Assembly: GCA_964187785.1 (NCBI GenBank)
Contig: OZ076409.1
Span: 81,034,001 to 81,098,000 of the forward strand
Reading direction: 5' to 3'
DNA from: Amphiscolops sp. MND2022
Taxonomy: Eukaryota
Length of the DNA stretch: 64,000 bases
Within the stretch, counting starts at the first letter, position 1. Each line of letters begins with the position of its first letter. The notes beneath the pieces were generated by a model. That model ran no database searches and was not told the DNA's origin. It saw nothing but the letters and a program-made list of their open reading frames with translations. Positions 37,301 through 49,000 of the stretch are shown here, in pieces. The position numbers and the translations under genes were made by a program.

Positions 37301-40300
37301 CCGCTGGTACCTTACTCCTCGCGCAAAAGGCCAATTGATGTACCTCCCATTTATTTTACTTGGGGTCGGTAAGTGAAGTGAGTATCTCAGTGAAGTTTCA
37401 TACTTCTGGTTAAGATACACACGACATTCGGGGTTTGTGTACATACGGTCAGTGCCAAATTTTAGGTCTCTGTGGTTAATAGTCTTCTAGAAACTCGAGA
37501 AAATCCAAATGGGGGTGGCATTTTGCAGAATTTGTCACACTTGGTTTGCTAGTTTAGCATCATAAATGATTTCAGCTCAAAGGTGAAATTCAGTAAAATT
37601 TGCTCCAAGAGATCAACTCTGATTTGCCTAATAAGTACCTACCTACAAAACACCCTTTGGTCAGCATTTTAAGCCGCTTCTACCAATCCGACGGTCTAGA
37701 AGCGTGATAAAAATAAAATAGTTGTTTGTTGTCTGGGCTTCGCGCAAAAACAATAGGATTTTTATAAAAAACGCCACAATCTAAAAAATCGACAAATCTG
37801 TAGGACTTGTTTTGGAAAGCTAAATTAGTTTTCATTGATATTTTGAGTTTCAAAGAATCATTTTTCGAACGTAAAAGTAGAACCTGAAGGGTCCCTTTGG
37901 ATCACTTCCACAATCAGAGATATTCCAAATGATCCTTTCCACCTCGAGTTTCTTTGAAAGATTGATAGATTTTCAAGCCTGAAGCGGATAAGGAATTTGT
38001 TCTTTGTTATGACTGCTGATTAGAAGTTCGCTTAATTCGGCAATGTGGTTTGGCCCCTGGTCCCGTGCAATGTCCCGCAGCAAGGCAGCAATCATTAGAA
38101 AATGTCTAACGTTTCTTCAACCTTGGTGGCCTATATTCCGACCTTGCCATATTCGTGTTCTTTTGCTGTCTCTGTCAACATGTCGGAAAAACCTACTGAA
38201 CAACAAGATGCAAAAAGTTCTCTGTGGATTTTTATCAAGCGAAGCGCTGACTTTGGCTGTTACATGCTTTAAAGCTCCAAACTTTTCAACAATAACAATT
38301 TCTATGTCTAGGAGCTCCTAGTGAACATATCAGTGTCTATCGCGTTGTTGGCGCACATCTTTGAATAAAGATTCTACCGGCTCTATAAAAGTTTCGCTGA
38401 GTTTAGATTGGTCATGGTAAAATTCGCCAAATATATTTCACTGGAATTAATGTTCGCATGATTGCCAAGATTAAAGTTGGGACAAAATTACGCCATCCAT
38501 CTAATTTGACAAAACTACTTCATCGAATTCGAAAGAACTAGCTTCAATCATGGCCATCTCGACAATCAAATTTTGAACTTTAAACTTTATCGTTGGCGAA
38601 CCTAATTTGGCGATCTTCAGCTTAGCGAACATTAACTTGGAAAAATACAACGCCCCCTTTCGTGCCTAGACGCTTGAAACAATTAGGATATTATAACGTT
38701 TCTAATTTTTGGCCCAATTTTCCAAATGAAATGGAAAAATTGCAAATTGAGCTGTTTTTTTTCCAAATTTTGCGATGTGCATATTCCAACCTAAATGACA
38801 GAGGCTTTTGTACAGAAATCATTTTTGAAATTAGGTCCGTAGGATATGTCATTATTGGAGATATTTGATTTTTTTTTTGGAAATTTTAGCAACGTTCCAA
38901 TTTGGTACCCAAATGATGAAGATCCTTACACAAGTAAACTACAAAAAAGTAGCTTCGTCTCTCTGGAGTTTCGAACATGTTTATAAACAAGACGCCCGCC
39001 AACAGCGAGATATTTTCCGTCCCAAGCTGTTCTACAGCTACACAAATTTGAGGCTAAAGAATAGCCATTGCACTATGAAAACGCAAGGAATTCGCAGAAA
39101 AGATTGATCTCAGCCCATTTATTAAGCAAACACTTATGTTTTAATTTCTGCGATAGCGGCCACAATTTGTTTTTTTTTCGGCACTATGCGACCTACCGAG
39201 TAAAGAGAAAAACACTTTTCGCAATTTTTTGTTTTTGAGGATTTCTAAAAGAAATAAGATTCTTGAAGTTACCGAGTCTCGAGGATGACCTCTTTGTTAC
39301 TTTTCATCATATGGAACAGATAAGTTTTCTTTTTGACTGTGAAAAATGCCTCATTTCAGTTTTTTCGGCTCTGTGTTTCTTTCCGAAACTCTCATTTGGT
39401 CGAAGGGTACCCCCTTCTTTTCATAGTTGACATCGGCTTGAGAAAAGAAGCTTTCTGAGCTGGAACTTGTTTCGCAATCATAGGAGGTTACCAAAAAATC
39501 GAAAAATTGGATTTTTTGTTATTCCTGTTGGAGTAAAAGTGGTTTCCGAGTCTCCGGCGTAATTCTTGGGGTAATTTTTGGCACTGAGAAAACGGTAAAC
39601 TCTTCAAACTAGGTCCTTTGCAAAATTAAAAAACTTGAGCGGTCCCAGTTTGTTATATTATTGCACATAGGTTAACCAGAAGTGTCAAAAGTTGGAAGTA
39701 TTTTCGACAGCTTTGGGGTCAATTTGAGGAATTTTTCTGACATGAATCTACAGATGTCTCTTCAAAACTAAGCCTATTGGACACCGAGTTTAGCTGTTGT
39801 TGAATGTTTATTCTTTTGTTCCCGTTGCAGTTATATCTTCAAAATTGACTACTGGCGAATTTTCAACCATTTTATGCCAGGAAGTACAAAAGTTACTTAA
39901 AAAGTGAAAAAAATTGAAAATTCTGCTTTTTTCTGAAGATTGAGTTTTTGCAATTTATTGGGTCATTCTGGGGAAACTTTCTTCCATAAAAGATGCAAAT
40001 TTCTCTATTAAAGACGTGCCGTGGACCTAATTACATCATTATACGAAATGTTAACCACTGTATTGACTAGTGCTGAGCCCGACGATTCATTTCCAGTGGA
40101 CTCTTCTCCTGTCATTGTTGGTCCGAGTACGCGTTTTGTTGCTGCAAGTAGCGATAGTAAGTCTCAAGAAGGTGAGACAGATCCCCCCGCAATAGAAAAA
40201 CACGTTGGTAGATTCGTTTTTGATGGTATATTTCTGGTATGTGGGCAGGGTGTACGAAAATTTTTTTTGTTGTTGTAGGTTTGAGGGATGCTGAGACGTA

Positions 40301-41676
40301 TGGGCCTTCCAACATTTGTGAGACGCCATCGAAACGGGCAAAGAAAATTGTTATCGCTCCGCCATCGCCTCCTCCCTTGGTGCATGCTTCTACTGGTTGG
40401 CAGAGTTAGTTCTAATATTGTTTTTATCTTCCGTTTCATTCTTTGAATTGGGGAGAGTGTTAGTTGCCCATTGGTTTGGTTTGTTTGGGGATGTCCTATT
40501 GTTTGGTACGCGTTTTCATTGGGTGTTGTTGTTGTGTAGGTCACGATGATGATCAGTTGTATGGTGTCGGCTGTGTGACGTTGAGTCCCCAGAATGTGAT
40601 GCGATTGGGTCAGCAACGTGTGGAAGAGGTGACGGAGAGTGCTACGCTGGTTATTCAAAACGGTTAGCATTTGCGTTTTCCCTGTAATTCGGGTATTACT
40701 TTGTTATTTGGTGAGGGTTTTCGTTCATTTTCAGTGTAGTGTGTATATTCTTTATCCCCTTCGTGTGTTGTTTGTAGAGTTGCAAGAGTTCAGTGGGAAG
40801 GTAGAAAAACGTCTGGCCAAGCGGACAGTGAAGACATACGGGAATCGCAACACGTTGCATCGTCGTATGTTGAGTCGACATCCTGCTTTTCCTGATTTCG
40901 TGACAGGCTCCACGACCGGTGAGGGAACTCACTTCCACTGTCGGGTATGCAAGCGTGATGTGGCCATGAAAGCTCAGGGCTCTGGAGAGTTTAGCAGACA
41001 TTTCCGTTCTGATGCTCTATGGTTTAAGGACGTTACTTATCGCGTCCATATGGGTCTTCAGGTGCTCAACAGGTTGATGGAGCCGATGGAACTGTCAGCA
41101 AGTCAACTGGCAGACTATAAGTCTCGACCATTTTGTGATCTGAGCGGGGAGTATCCGTTCCCTGATGATCTATTGCCCAAGCATTCAAAAGCGGAGTCAA
41201 ACGTGCCCTACATGACCTTGGTTTCTTGTTTTTGCGAATTCTTGCGGAATGGTGGTGATTTTGATTACCTTCGTCGTCTGTGGGGCCACTTCCGAGCAAC
41301 ACTGGGCGACCGAGAACCTTTCTTTCCTTTACGATGGAGCCGTTCTGAGACCGTGGTGAGTTGGTTTGGTTATTGTTATTGTTTATTTCCGTCATGTATC
41401 CGTGTGAGAGAAAAACAGAAAGGGATGGGGGGATGTCTTTTGTAGTTGTTTTGAAAGTAGGGTCTCGTTTGTGTTTTAGTCATTCCTTTGTCGGGGGCTG
41501 GCTCCGCGAGTTCTTCGTCTGATGTTGAGTGACGTCAAATCTTTTAAAGAGTACGGGATGCAGTTTGAGAAGTCTGGGAACTACTACTACTACTACTAGA
41601 AGACTTAATTCCCTTTTTATATAAAGGAACATTCAAGCAGTTGTAATGTAGGCTTTACAAACTGAGTTGATCAAAT

Positions 41677-44544
41677 CTAAGAGCGGCAGATGCTACAGAG
41701 ACATTTTATAAACCAGGAGCAGCTTCGGTCTAAATTGAACATTGGGACTTGATTGCGTAGGTATGCCATGAGTTCACGTTTAAATTTTTCAGTTGGGTCA
41801 AAAACGTCAATCTCTTTTGTGGCGAGGAAGTTGGAGTAGTCACAGACTCTTTGGAAGAAGGAGTCTCTCGTGGAGAATTTGCGACATCTTTTGACTGGCA
41901 GGAGTTGTTGGTATTTGGAACTTCTGAGATCCTTGCAACGTTTGCTGAAACAAATAAAGGTGCTGAGATTTAGGTCATATTTGTTATTTATGGCCTTGTT
42001 GAGGAAGACCATGTCATTTAGGACCAAATAGAATGATAGAGGTAGGGTATTGGACGCTGCCAGCTGCTGTGAATAATTTTGTAAACCAGTTACCCAAAAA
42101 AGACATTCTTTATTGAATAGTTCCAACTTCCGTCGGTAATTAATGGAGGGGTACCATATTTGGGATCCGTATAGTATAATACTCTGAACACACAACCTGT
42201 AGTACATAAGCTTCGTGGAAGAACTAACACTATGAGGAATTGAGCGCTTCAAGAAGTGATAAGCTTTTCTAGCAGCCACCAATTTCTTTTGAATATGGTT
42301 GTCCCATGTAATATTGTTTGAAATGGTGATTCCAAGGTCTTTAATTGAGTCAACGGTGGGGACAATATTACCGTTCAGAAACAGAGGATCCGACGACGCT
42401 AATTTTTCCTCGAAAGTGATTGACTTGCACTTGTCAATGTTATATTCCATTTTGTTCCTGTAAGCCCATTCAGTAAACTGATCAATATCCTTTTGTAAAT
42501 CAGGTTTGGTCAGAAGAGACAGTAATTTACTATCATCTGCAAACAAATAGCATGAGGAATTGACAATTTTGTCAGGAAGATCATTCATAAAAATAATGAA
42601 GAAAAGAGGTCCGATGACACTGCCTTGAGGTACACCGCTATTAATGTCCACCATCTGGGAGAGGGAGCCATTTATTGATACTCGTTGTGACCTTGAGTAT
42701 AAGTAAGACTTGAATAAGGTCAAAAAATCTTCATCAAAGCTAAAATTTGCCAGTTTTTCCAGAAGAATATGATGTGGAACTAAATCGAAGGCCTTCCGAA
42801 AGTCGAAGTAGATAGCATGACTAGAAGCGTTAATATCTTTTTGGTTATACAAATCGTCTAGATAGGGTAAGAGCTGGGTAATAGGAGAACGCTTCTTTGT
42901 GAAACCATGTTGTTCATCACAGATTGAGAATCGCACTTGCGGGTATATATGTCGGAAGAGCAATTTTTCGAGAATAAGTGAGAGCTGTGGTAAAATGCTG
43001 ATGGGCCGATAATTTTCCACACTTTCGGGGTTTCCAGACTTATATATCGGCGTTATATATGAGCATTTCCAATCAGTTGGCCAACTTCTTGCCTTTATTA
43101 CTACATTAAAAAGTTGAGTGGCCAGCGGAGCCAAAATATCTGGGCATGAGTTCAGCAAAAAAGTAGGAATAGGGTCTGAGCTCAATGAACAAGTTTTAGT
43201 TTTCGAGAGTAAATCTGCGACTTCAGAGGGATTGATGGTAAAATCTTCCAAACGGATTGTAGGTAGTTCAGGTGGTTGCAAAGGTATATCTAAACTTTTC
43301 TGGAAGACAGAGCTGAAATAAATATTGAACAGATTAGCAATTTCGTTACTGGTGTTTGCTTTCAGTGTGTTCCATTTCATTTGATTTGGCAAGCGATTCG
43401 AAGAGAAAGAGCGTAAAAACTTGAAGCAAGAACGAGTGGAGACAGGAGATAGATTTTCAAGGAGGACTGTTTTGTCTAATTCAACTGACAAACTAATCTC
43501 TTGTTTTAACCTTTCAGTGGTACCATTTCTGTAGTTACATTTTTTAGCTGTACGAAGTTTGTTGATCAGGTGCATTGAGTGGGAGGAATAGAAGTACGGA
43601 TACTGTGATCGGCGAGAAGTTTTGATTTTGCAAGACATATTTAGAGCATACAACACTGTTTGTTGCCACAATGAGAAATATTCTTCCATAGAAACATCAC
43701 TGAAGCTGCAATTTGGTAGTGCCAGTAATGTGTCGAAACCATTGGATAAATGGGAGTTGAACAGAGTACTGGAAAAAGATGACAAAGAGTACATAATTGA
43801 TGTATTAGTAGCTGCCTCTGAATAGGGGATAGGAAGGTTTAGCAAAGCAAAAACAGGGTAATGATCAGAGTAGAGATGTGAGTCAACATAAACATTGAAT
43901 AGCTCGGAATGTGAGGTTAGAATTATATCCAGAGTGCTACCAGACTTATGAGTAGGCTCAAAAACTAAAGGATTGAGATTCATCGCTTGAGATTGAACTA
44001 TGAAGCTTTTGGAATAGTCGCTCTGGCCAGTTACAGTTGCCCAGCAAACATCATTCAGATTGAGGTCTCCTAAAATGGAGAAAGAGCTGAGATAATTGAT
44101 TTCAAATTTAGCATAACACGAGGAGATCCAATCAGCCAAAAGGTTCGCTTCGATTCGATATGGAGATGTCGATGGTGGATTGTAAATTAAAAGGAACAAG
44201 TGAGAACCCTGGATGGTTGTAATGGAAATAGCGACGGCAAAATCATTGATTTGGCCAATCTTCATATTGCGTCCAATTTTCTGAGTTAGGTCAGAGTAGT
44301 TGAAACAGAAATCCTTTTTGGCAGCAACGAGGACACCGCCGTGTTCGCCACCAGAGCGATCTTGTCTGGCAATGATTGAGTAGTTACATTTCAATGGGCA
44401 AACTTCAGAGTCTTCGATTTCTGGGTATAACCAAGTTTCAGTGACAAAAACCAAATCAGGTGAGTGTAAACTTAAGAAGTTGAGTAGTTTCAATCGTTGC
44501 TGGAGACTGATAACACTTTGTGCATTCAATAGGCAAAGTTTCAT
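41677..44544 (-). CDS. LINE ORF2: apurinic-like endonuclease plus reverse transcriptase
   Basis: 955 aa uninterrupted; EN motifs VTETWL, GDLN, LDIILT, SDHYPV; RT motifs YRPISIL, QHGF, DFRKAFD, GVPQGS, FADD. Confidence 0.96.
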   Translation of the reverse strand: MKLCLLNAQSVISLQQRLKLLNFLSLHSPDLVFVTETWLYPEIEDSEVCPLKCNYSIIARQDRSGGEHGGVLVAAKKDFCFNYSDLTQKIGRNMKIGQINDFAVAISITTIQGSHLFLLIYNPPSTSPYRIEANLLADWISSCYAKFEINYLSSFSILGDLNLNDVCWATVTGQSDYSKSFIVQSQAMNLNPLVFEPTHKSGSTLDIILTSHSELFNVYVDSHLYSDHYPVFALLNLPIPYSEAATNTSIMYSLSSFSSTLFNSHLSNGFDTLLALPNCSFSDVSMEEYFSLWQQTVLYALNMSCKIKTSRRSQYPYFYSSHSMHLINKLRTAKKCNYRNGTTERLKQEISLSVELDKTVLLENLSPVSTRSCFKFLRSFSSNRLPNQMKWNTLKANTSNEIANLFNIYFSSVFQKSLDIPLQPPELPTIRLEDFTINPSEVADLLSKTKTCSLSSDPIPTFLLNSCPDILAPLATQLFNVVIKARSWPTDWKCSYITPIYKSGNPESVENYRPISILPQLSLILEKLLFRHIYPQVRFSICDEQHGFTKKRSPITQLLPYLDDLYNQKDINASSHAIYFDFRKAFDLVPHHILLEKLANFSFDEDFLTLFKSYLYSRSQRVSINGSLSQMVDINSGVPQGSVIGPLFFIIFMNDLPDKIVNSSCYLFADDSKLLSLLTKPDLQKDIDQFTEWAYRNKMEYNIDKCKSITFEEKLASSDPLFLNGNIVPTVDSIKDLGITISNNITWDNHIQKKLVAARKAYHFLKRSIPHSVSSSTKLMYYRLCVQSIILYGSQIWYPSINYRRKLELFNKECLFWVTGLQNYSQQLAASNTLPLSFYLVLNDMVFLNKAINNKYDLNLSTFICFSKRCKDLRSSKYQQLLPVKRCRKFSTRDSFFQRVCDYSNFLATKEIDVFDPTEKFKRELMAYLRNQVPMFNLDRSCSWFIKCLCSICRS

Positions 44545-44550
44545 CTGCAG

Positions 44551-45327
44551 TCACTTTTGGAAGGTGACTTCAGTTCCGTTTCTGAAGAGCTTAAGACCTT
44601 TCACTTTGATTTCATCTCGTGGTACCCCGTCACTATTGATCATTTCATACCGTTTCTGCAAAAGCTTCCGTTTGGTTGCCTGATCTTCTTTATTCAGAGA
44701 TTGTGATATGAATATTCGTTCATGATAATTTTTCAGCCTGTAGGATTTTGAAAGACATTTCCTGGCATCCCATTCTGAGGCAAAACGAATGAGGAGCGGC
44801 CTTGGTTTTGACATATCAGCTTTGGGTTGACCTAACCTGCGAGTAGATTCTATTTTGAGAGTTTTTTCATCCATATGGTTGAATACTTCCTGTAGTTTGG
44901 AGTTGTCAGCTTCGAAAGACGACTTAAAAGTTCCTTTATCCTCAACAAGACCATTTATGATTATCTCACGAGATAGACTCTCTTCATTTACATGTTTTTT
45001 GACAGGTTCAGGGGTTGGTCTGAGGGCAGATTGGATTTCAGTTAAAGAATTTTGAATTGATTTCATACTACTTTTCATATTTTTGGCATCAATAATATGA
45101 TTGTACTTAGCTTCAGGGCTGAAGGTGTCATCATTGAGGCAGGAATCGCAGAGCCAGAGACATCCTTTGATTCGTCCCATCAACTTGACATCCTCCTCAG
45201 ACAGGCTTGCACAAGCTCCATGGTACCAAAGAGAGCAGTTGTCACATGCGATGCCAGATTTGTCCCCATCTTTGACACTCCTCTTGCAACTGCCACACTT
45301 GGATGAAGAAGTAGAGGCTTTAGTCAT
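44551..45327 (-). CDS. LINE ORF1: N-terminal PHD finger, coiled coil and RRM-like C-terminal region
   Basis: CGSC...IACDNCSLWYHGACASL...WLCDSC (C4HC3); RRLG...RPLLIRF motif; uninterrupted ~258 aa. Confidence 0.9.
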   Translation of the reverse strand: MTKASTSSSKCGSCKRSVKDGDKSGIACDNCSLWYHGACASLSEEDVKLMGRIKGCLWLCDSCLNDDTFSPEAKYNHIIDAKNMKSSMKSIQNSLTEIQSALRPTPEPVKKHVNEESLSREIIINGLVEDKGTFKSSFEADNSKLQEVFNHMDEKTLKIESTRRLGQPKADMSKPRPLLIRFASEWDARKCLSKSYRLKNYHERIFISQSLNKEDQATKRKLLQKRYEMINSDGVPRDEIKVKGLKLFRNGTEVTFQK

Positions 45328-46047
45328 CACAACCGGAAACTATTTAATAAGTTTATCACAACAATTAGGCTTGAACATAGAACGTAGAACGTAGAACATG
45401 GAACATAGAACGTTGCTATGTTCTTTGTTGGGATGCGCTGAATTTAAAGAAGATATGTGTGGGAGATGAGTCCTTGGATCAAAAATGCCCGAACCCGAGT
45501 TGCTCCCGTTGGCACGTGTAGCGAGCTGTCTGGAGGGACAGCAATTACCGGTGTCAGTTCTTGGCGCTAGCCCTTCCCTCATTCGCATGTTAGACGCGAA
45601 CAGGACGGATGATCGGCGGTTTCTGTCATGGCAGTCGTTTGATGAGGAGGTGTTTCTCCATTGTTTCCGTCAGTCTCATCAGGACATTTTTGGAATGATT
45701 GAAGTGACGACTGCATTGGAGTATGTGATCCATCGATTGAAAGGGGCTTTGTATGAGGATTGGACAGAAGACAGGCCTCTTCTTCGATCGTGCATACGGG
45801 AAGGCTCCGTTGCATTCTGCAATCTTCGAGAGGTCCTAGGCGATTTAATCGAACTGTGACCTTCCATACGTCCGTACATTCGCTACACTGGACATCCTCA
45901 TTTTAAGAGTGTTGCTGATAGGGTGAGTACCGTCGTATTATTTGTTCATTTCGGTCTTGTGTCATTCCTTTGTTCTCTCTTGTGCTCTGCTGTGGTATAT
46001 ATGATCTTGGAATGATGGTATAATTTATCCATTTTAGCTGCGCGGCA

Positions 46048-49000
46048 AAGTGTAATTTTGCTATCTTTTTGTGCAACTTTTTCTATTAGTAGTGATGTAA
46101 TGCAAAGAAATAAAAGCATCTAATGATTCAGTGTTGTTGCTGTGGTTTTGACTGGTGCTATGGTCCGTATTTCAAATTTCTGGTCATTTACAAATTGGTG
46201 TTCTACCCCTAATTGCTCAATCAGCATAATTTTGTTAAAACAATGGTTTTGAACCGCTTTAACAGGCGAATCGCTCAACTTTGAATTTGAATGGTCGGTT
46301 ATAGGCGCAGCACCGTGGAAGTGAAAGACAGTCTGTTTTACCACCACTGAAAGCTTCTTCTTCCTTTACAAAGGTCACTTCCTTCGGTGATCTGGCTGTA
46401 CTCTCAAACATCCCAACATCTTGTAAAGTGAGCGTTGTTTGGTTTCCGTCGGACAGGCATGTAGTATGGACCAAATGGGTTTCCACATCGGTAACATTCC
46501 GGTGGTATTTGTTCTGCTTTCTCGAAACTGCTAATTGTTTTCTATGGATTTTGTTTTTTTTTTCTTAGTCTTACGTGTGTACATGTGAACATGAGGTGTT
46601 TTTTGGATTGCCGGAAATTAATGTCATTGTTTCATGGTTTCAAATTTTTTGATAAAATTCATGTCAATTTGGTCATCCCAAAGAAGTCCAAAAATCTCTA
46701 CAGATACATATCGTTTGATACTAATTTATGTCGGTTGAATTCTCTGGGTGACACCGTTCAATTCGGATATCTCCCCATTGGAACATTGCAAAAAAATTGA
46801 AAACGCGGCTGATTTATATATTTTCCTTTCTCTTATAAAATATGGACGGAAAATGATCAATTTCTCAGTTTAACTCAACTTACTTTCAAAAAACTTTGAT
46901 TGACCGCGAGTTTAGTTATGTCGCAAACAGCCGATAGTAAAAGTAACCTATTAGCTCTTCAAAAGTTTCAAGTTTTAGGAGGTGTTACTTGGAAATAATC
47001 AATCAATGTCTAATTTTGATGCCAATCAAACGAGAAAACTCTTAAATCGCTCATACAAAGCTTTAACACGAGATACAGTGGCACTGCAATCTTTTTCGTA
47101 TACTGCTACAACACAAAAGTTCAAGAAGGGACGTTTAGGATAAAGAAAGACTTTTTCACAACCGTAAAAACCACGAAAACCCAATATTCTCTTTTTTAAA
47201 GAAAATATAGGTTCAAAAAGTCGCAAGTGGGGAATTTACAAAAAGGTGTGGCCCTGTAGGTTTGAAAACGTGTTTATAAACTGAAAAAAAATTCGTGAAA
47301 GATCGCACAGAGCCAAAAAAAGGTCCCGATCACAAATCTTGAGAAAACTCATCAGTCCCTGTGACGTCATCTTAAACTAAAAAGGTTCATCTTTTAAATA
47401 GAAAATCGCTTATCCTCAAAAAAGTTCTAAAATTCAAAAATTATGTGGCAAAAATTTGTTCGAAAAGTCGCACAGTGCCGAAAAACCTTAAAAGGGCCAT
47501 GCTGGTAAAACGCATTGTTTTTGCTAAAAATCAAAGTGGGCTTCGGTTTTAAAAAAGTTGCATAGTGCCGAAAAGAACTATAAAAGGGGTCTTTGGCTTT
47601 TCTCTACCTTCAAAGCCAAAAAATGTTTAGTTTAGAGCAGGACTCGAACACACTTTCTTGTGTTTCTCAGATTTTGTACCAAATCCTCGTTAGCTAACCT
47701 CTAGGCAAAGTGGCATATGATTTAATAAATCTATTGAAGTTATTGCAGGAACCGGAGGATGTCGCACACTGCCGCCTGTGACGGTACCCGAATTACGACC
47801 ACGACGACCGGACAGGAGTCCCTACCCGGCACTTTGCCGATATTTTAAAAACTGACATTAACGATAAACTTTTGCCACATGCATTATCATGCTTTTATGT
47901 TTTATACACAATTACTATTAGTCTGTTAAAAGTACGATTTGGTAGTTCAAATCAAGTTGTTGAAATTGTTGATAAAGGCTGAGTATGAATTGAAACAGTG
48001 CAAGCAGAGTACAACTATAAGGCAGCAAAAGAAACGCGTTCAAGTGACGTAACGCTCTACTCCTGAAGCGTCACTTGAGCGCGTAGCCTTGTCCAATCAG
48101 ATCGCAGTATTTGTTGTGTTAGATGTACATTCATTAATGGCCTAATAAGGCCCTTTGACGTAATCTCTCAGCTCAAGTGCTTTGGTCAAACGGCCGGTTC
48201 CGGCCATTTTGAATATTTGTTGCTTTGATACCAATTATTCTTTTGATTGATTAATATTAGTACACTGATGCTAAATAACTACTACAATGAAAGATTAACT
48301 TTCATTGCTTCGGATTTAATACCATGAGACGATTGAGGACGGTTAACAAAACCTTGATGATGCTGAATTGATAATAAGGTAATTAGCCCGTTCAGGCCCA
48401 ATTGTGCAAGACACTGTATTAACTGTACCAGAGTGTTTTAGCCCGGGCTACCATGTTCAATGCAGTATTAAATATGATTCAGATAGAGCTCTAGCCTTTA
48501 CGGCTCATACATGTAATCATATATTTTGTGCTTAAGTTGATTCAGCGGAGCCCGCGTGGTGGCACGTTCCAATGTTACATACCGCACATAACATCAAATA
48601 TTTGTTGACATTCTTGAAATGATAGTTTTTGTTAGAATAGAATGATCTGTTTGAAGTTGCGGCTGATATCCTAATATTTGGTAGGGATGTTGCTATTGTG
48701 ATCTCCAAGGAATGCGTAATACTAAGGGAGTGTTTGATGTCACGTTTTTTAGATATGTTATTTTACCCGTGTATTATGTAAAATAAGTGTTTGTCATTCC
48801 TACGGGGGTATATACACCTATGCTTCCAGTGGAAGGGTCAATTCTTTATCTTGCTTGATACGATTCAGTTGGTCACTAAACACCTTGTAGTTTTGCAATA
48901 TCTGATTAGCTTTCCGAACAAGAATAATTCACATATTATCTTTCGGATTCTTATCGATGCCTACTACCAGAAAACAAAAGATAGCTAGAAAGTCAAGAGG

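Larger units (their letters stand above)
41581..45372 (-). mobile_element. Full-length non-LTR retrotransposon (LINE), CR1/L2-like
   Basis: ORF1 (PHD finger) plus ORF2 (APE-RT), a (TAG)6 3' tail at 41581-41598 and a short 5' UTR; absent at the equivalent site in copy 2 (gggaacatagaacg, ~53675). Confidence 0.95.
30821..46047. repeat. Tandem segmental duplication, copy 1 (contains the LINE insertion and a 3.1-kb segment absent from copy 2)
   Basis: aagtgtaattttgctatc at 30821 recurs at 46048; copy 1 ends ...ctgcgcggca at 46047, equivalent to 54322. Confidence 0.95.
40048..46047 (+). pseudogene. Partial duplicate of the spliced hAT-like gene, interrupted by the LINE and truncated in exon 6
   Basis: Same exons as 52144-54322; exon 4 is in frame here (GCC ATG AAA GCT, ~40963); the LINE is inserted in exon 5. 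Confidence 0.8.
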
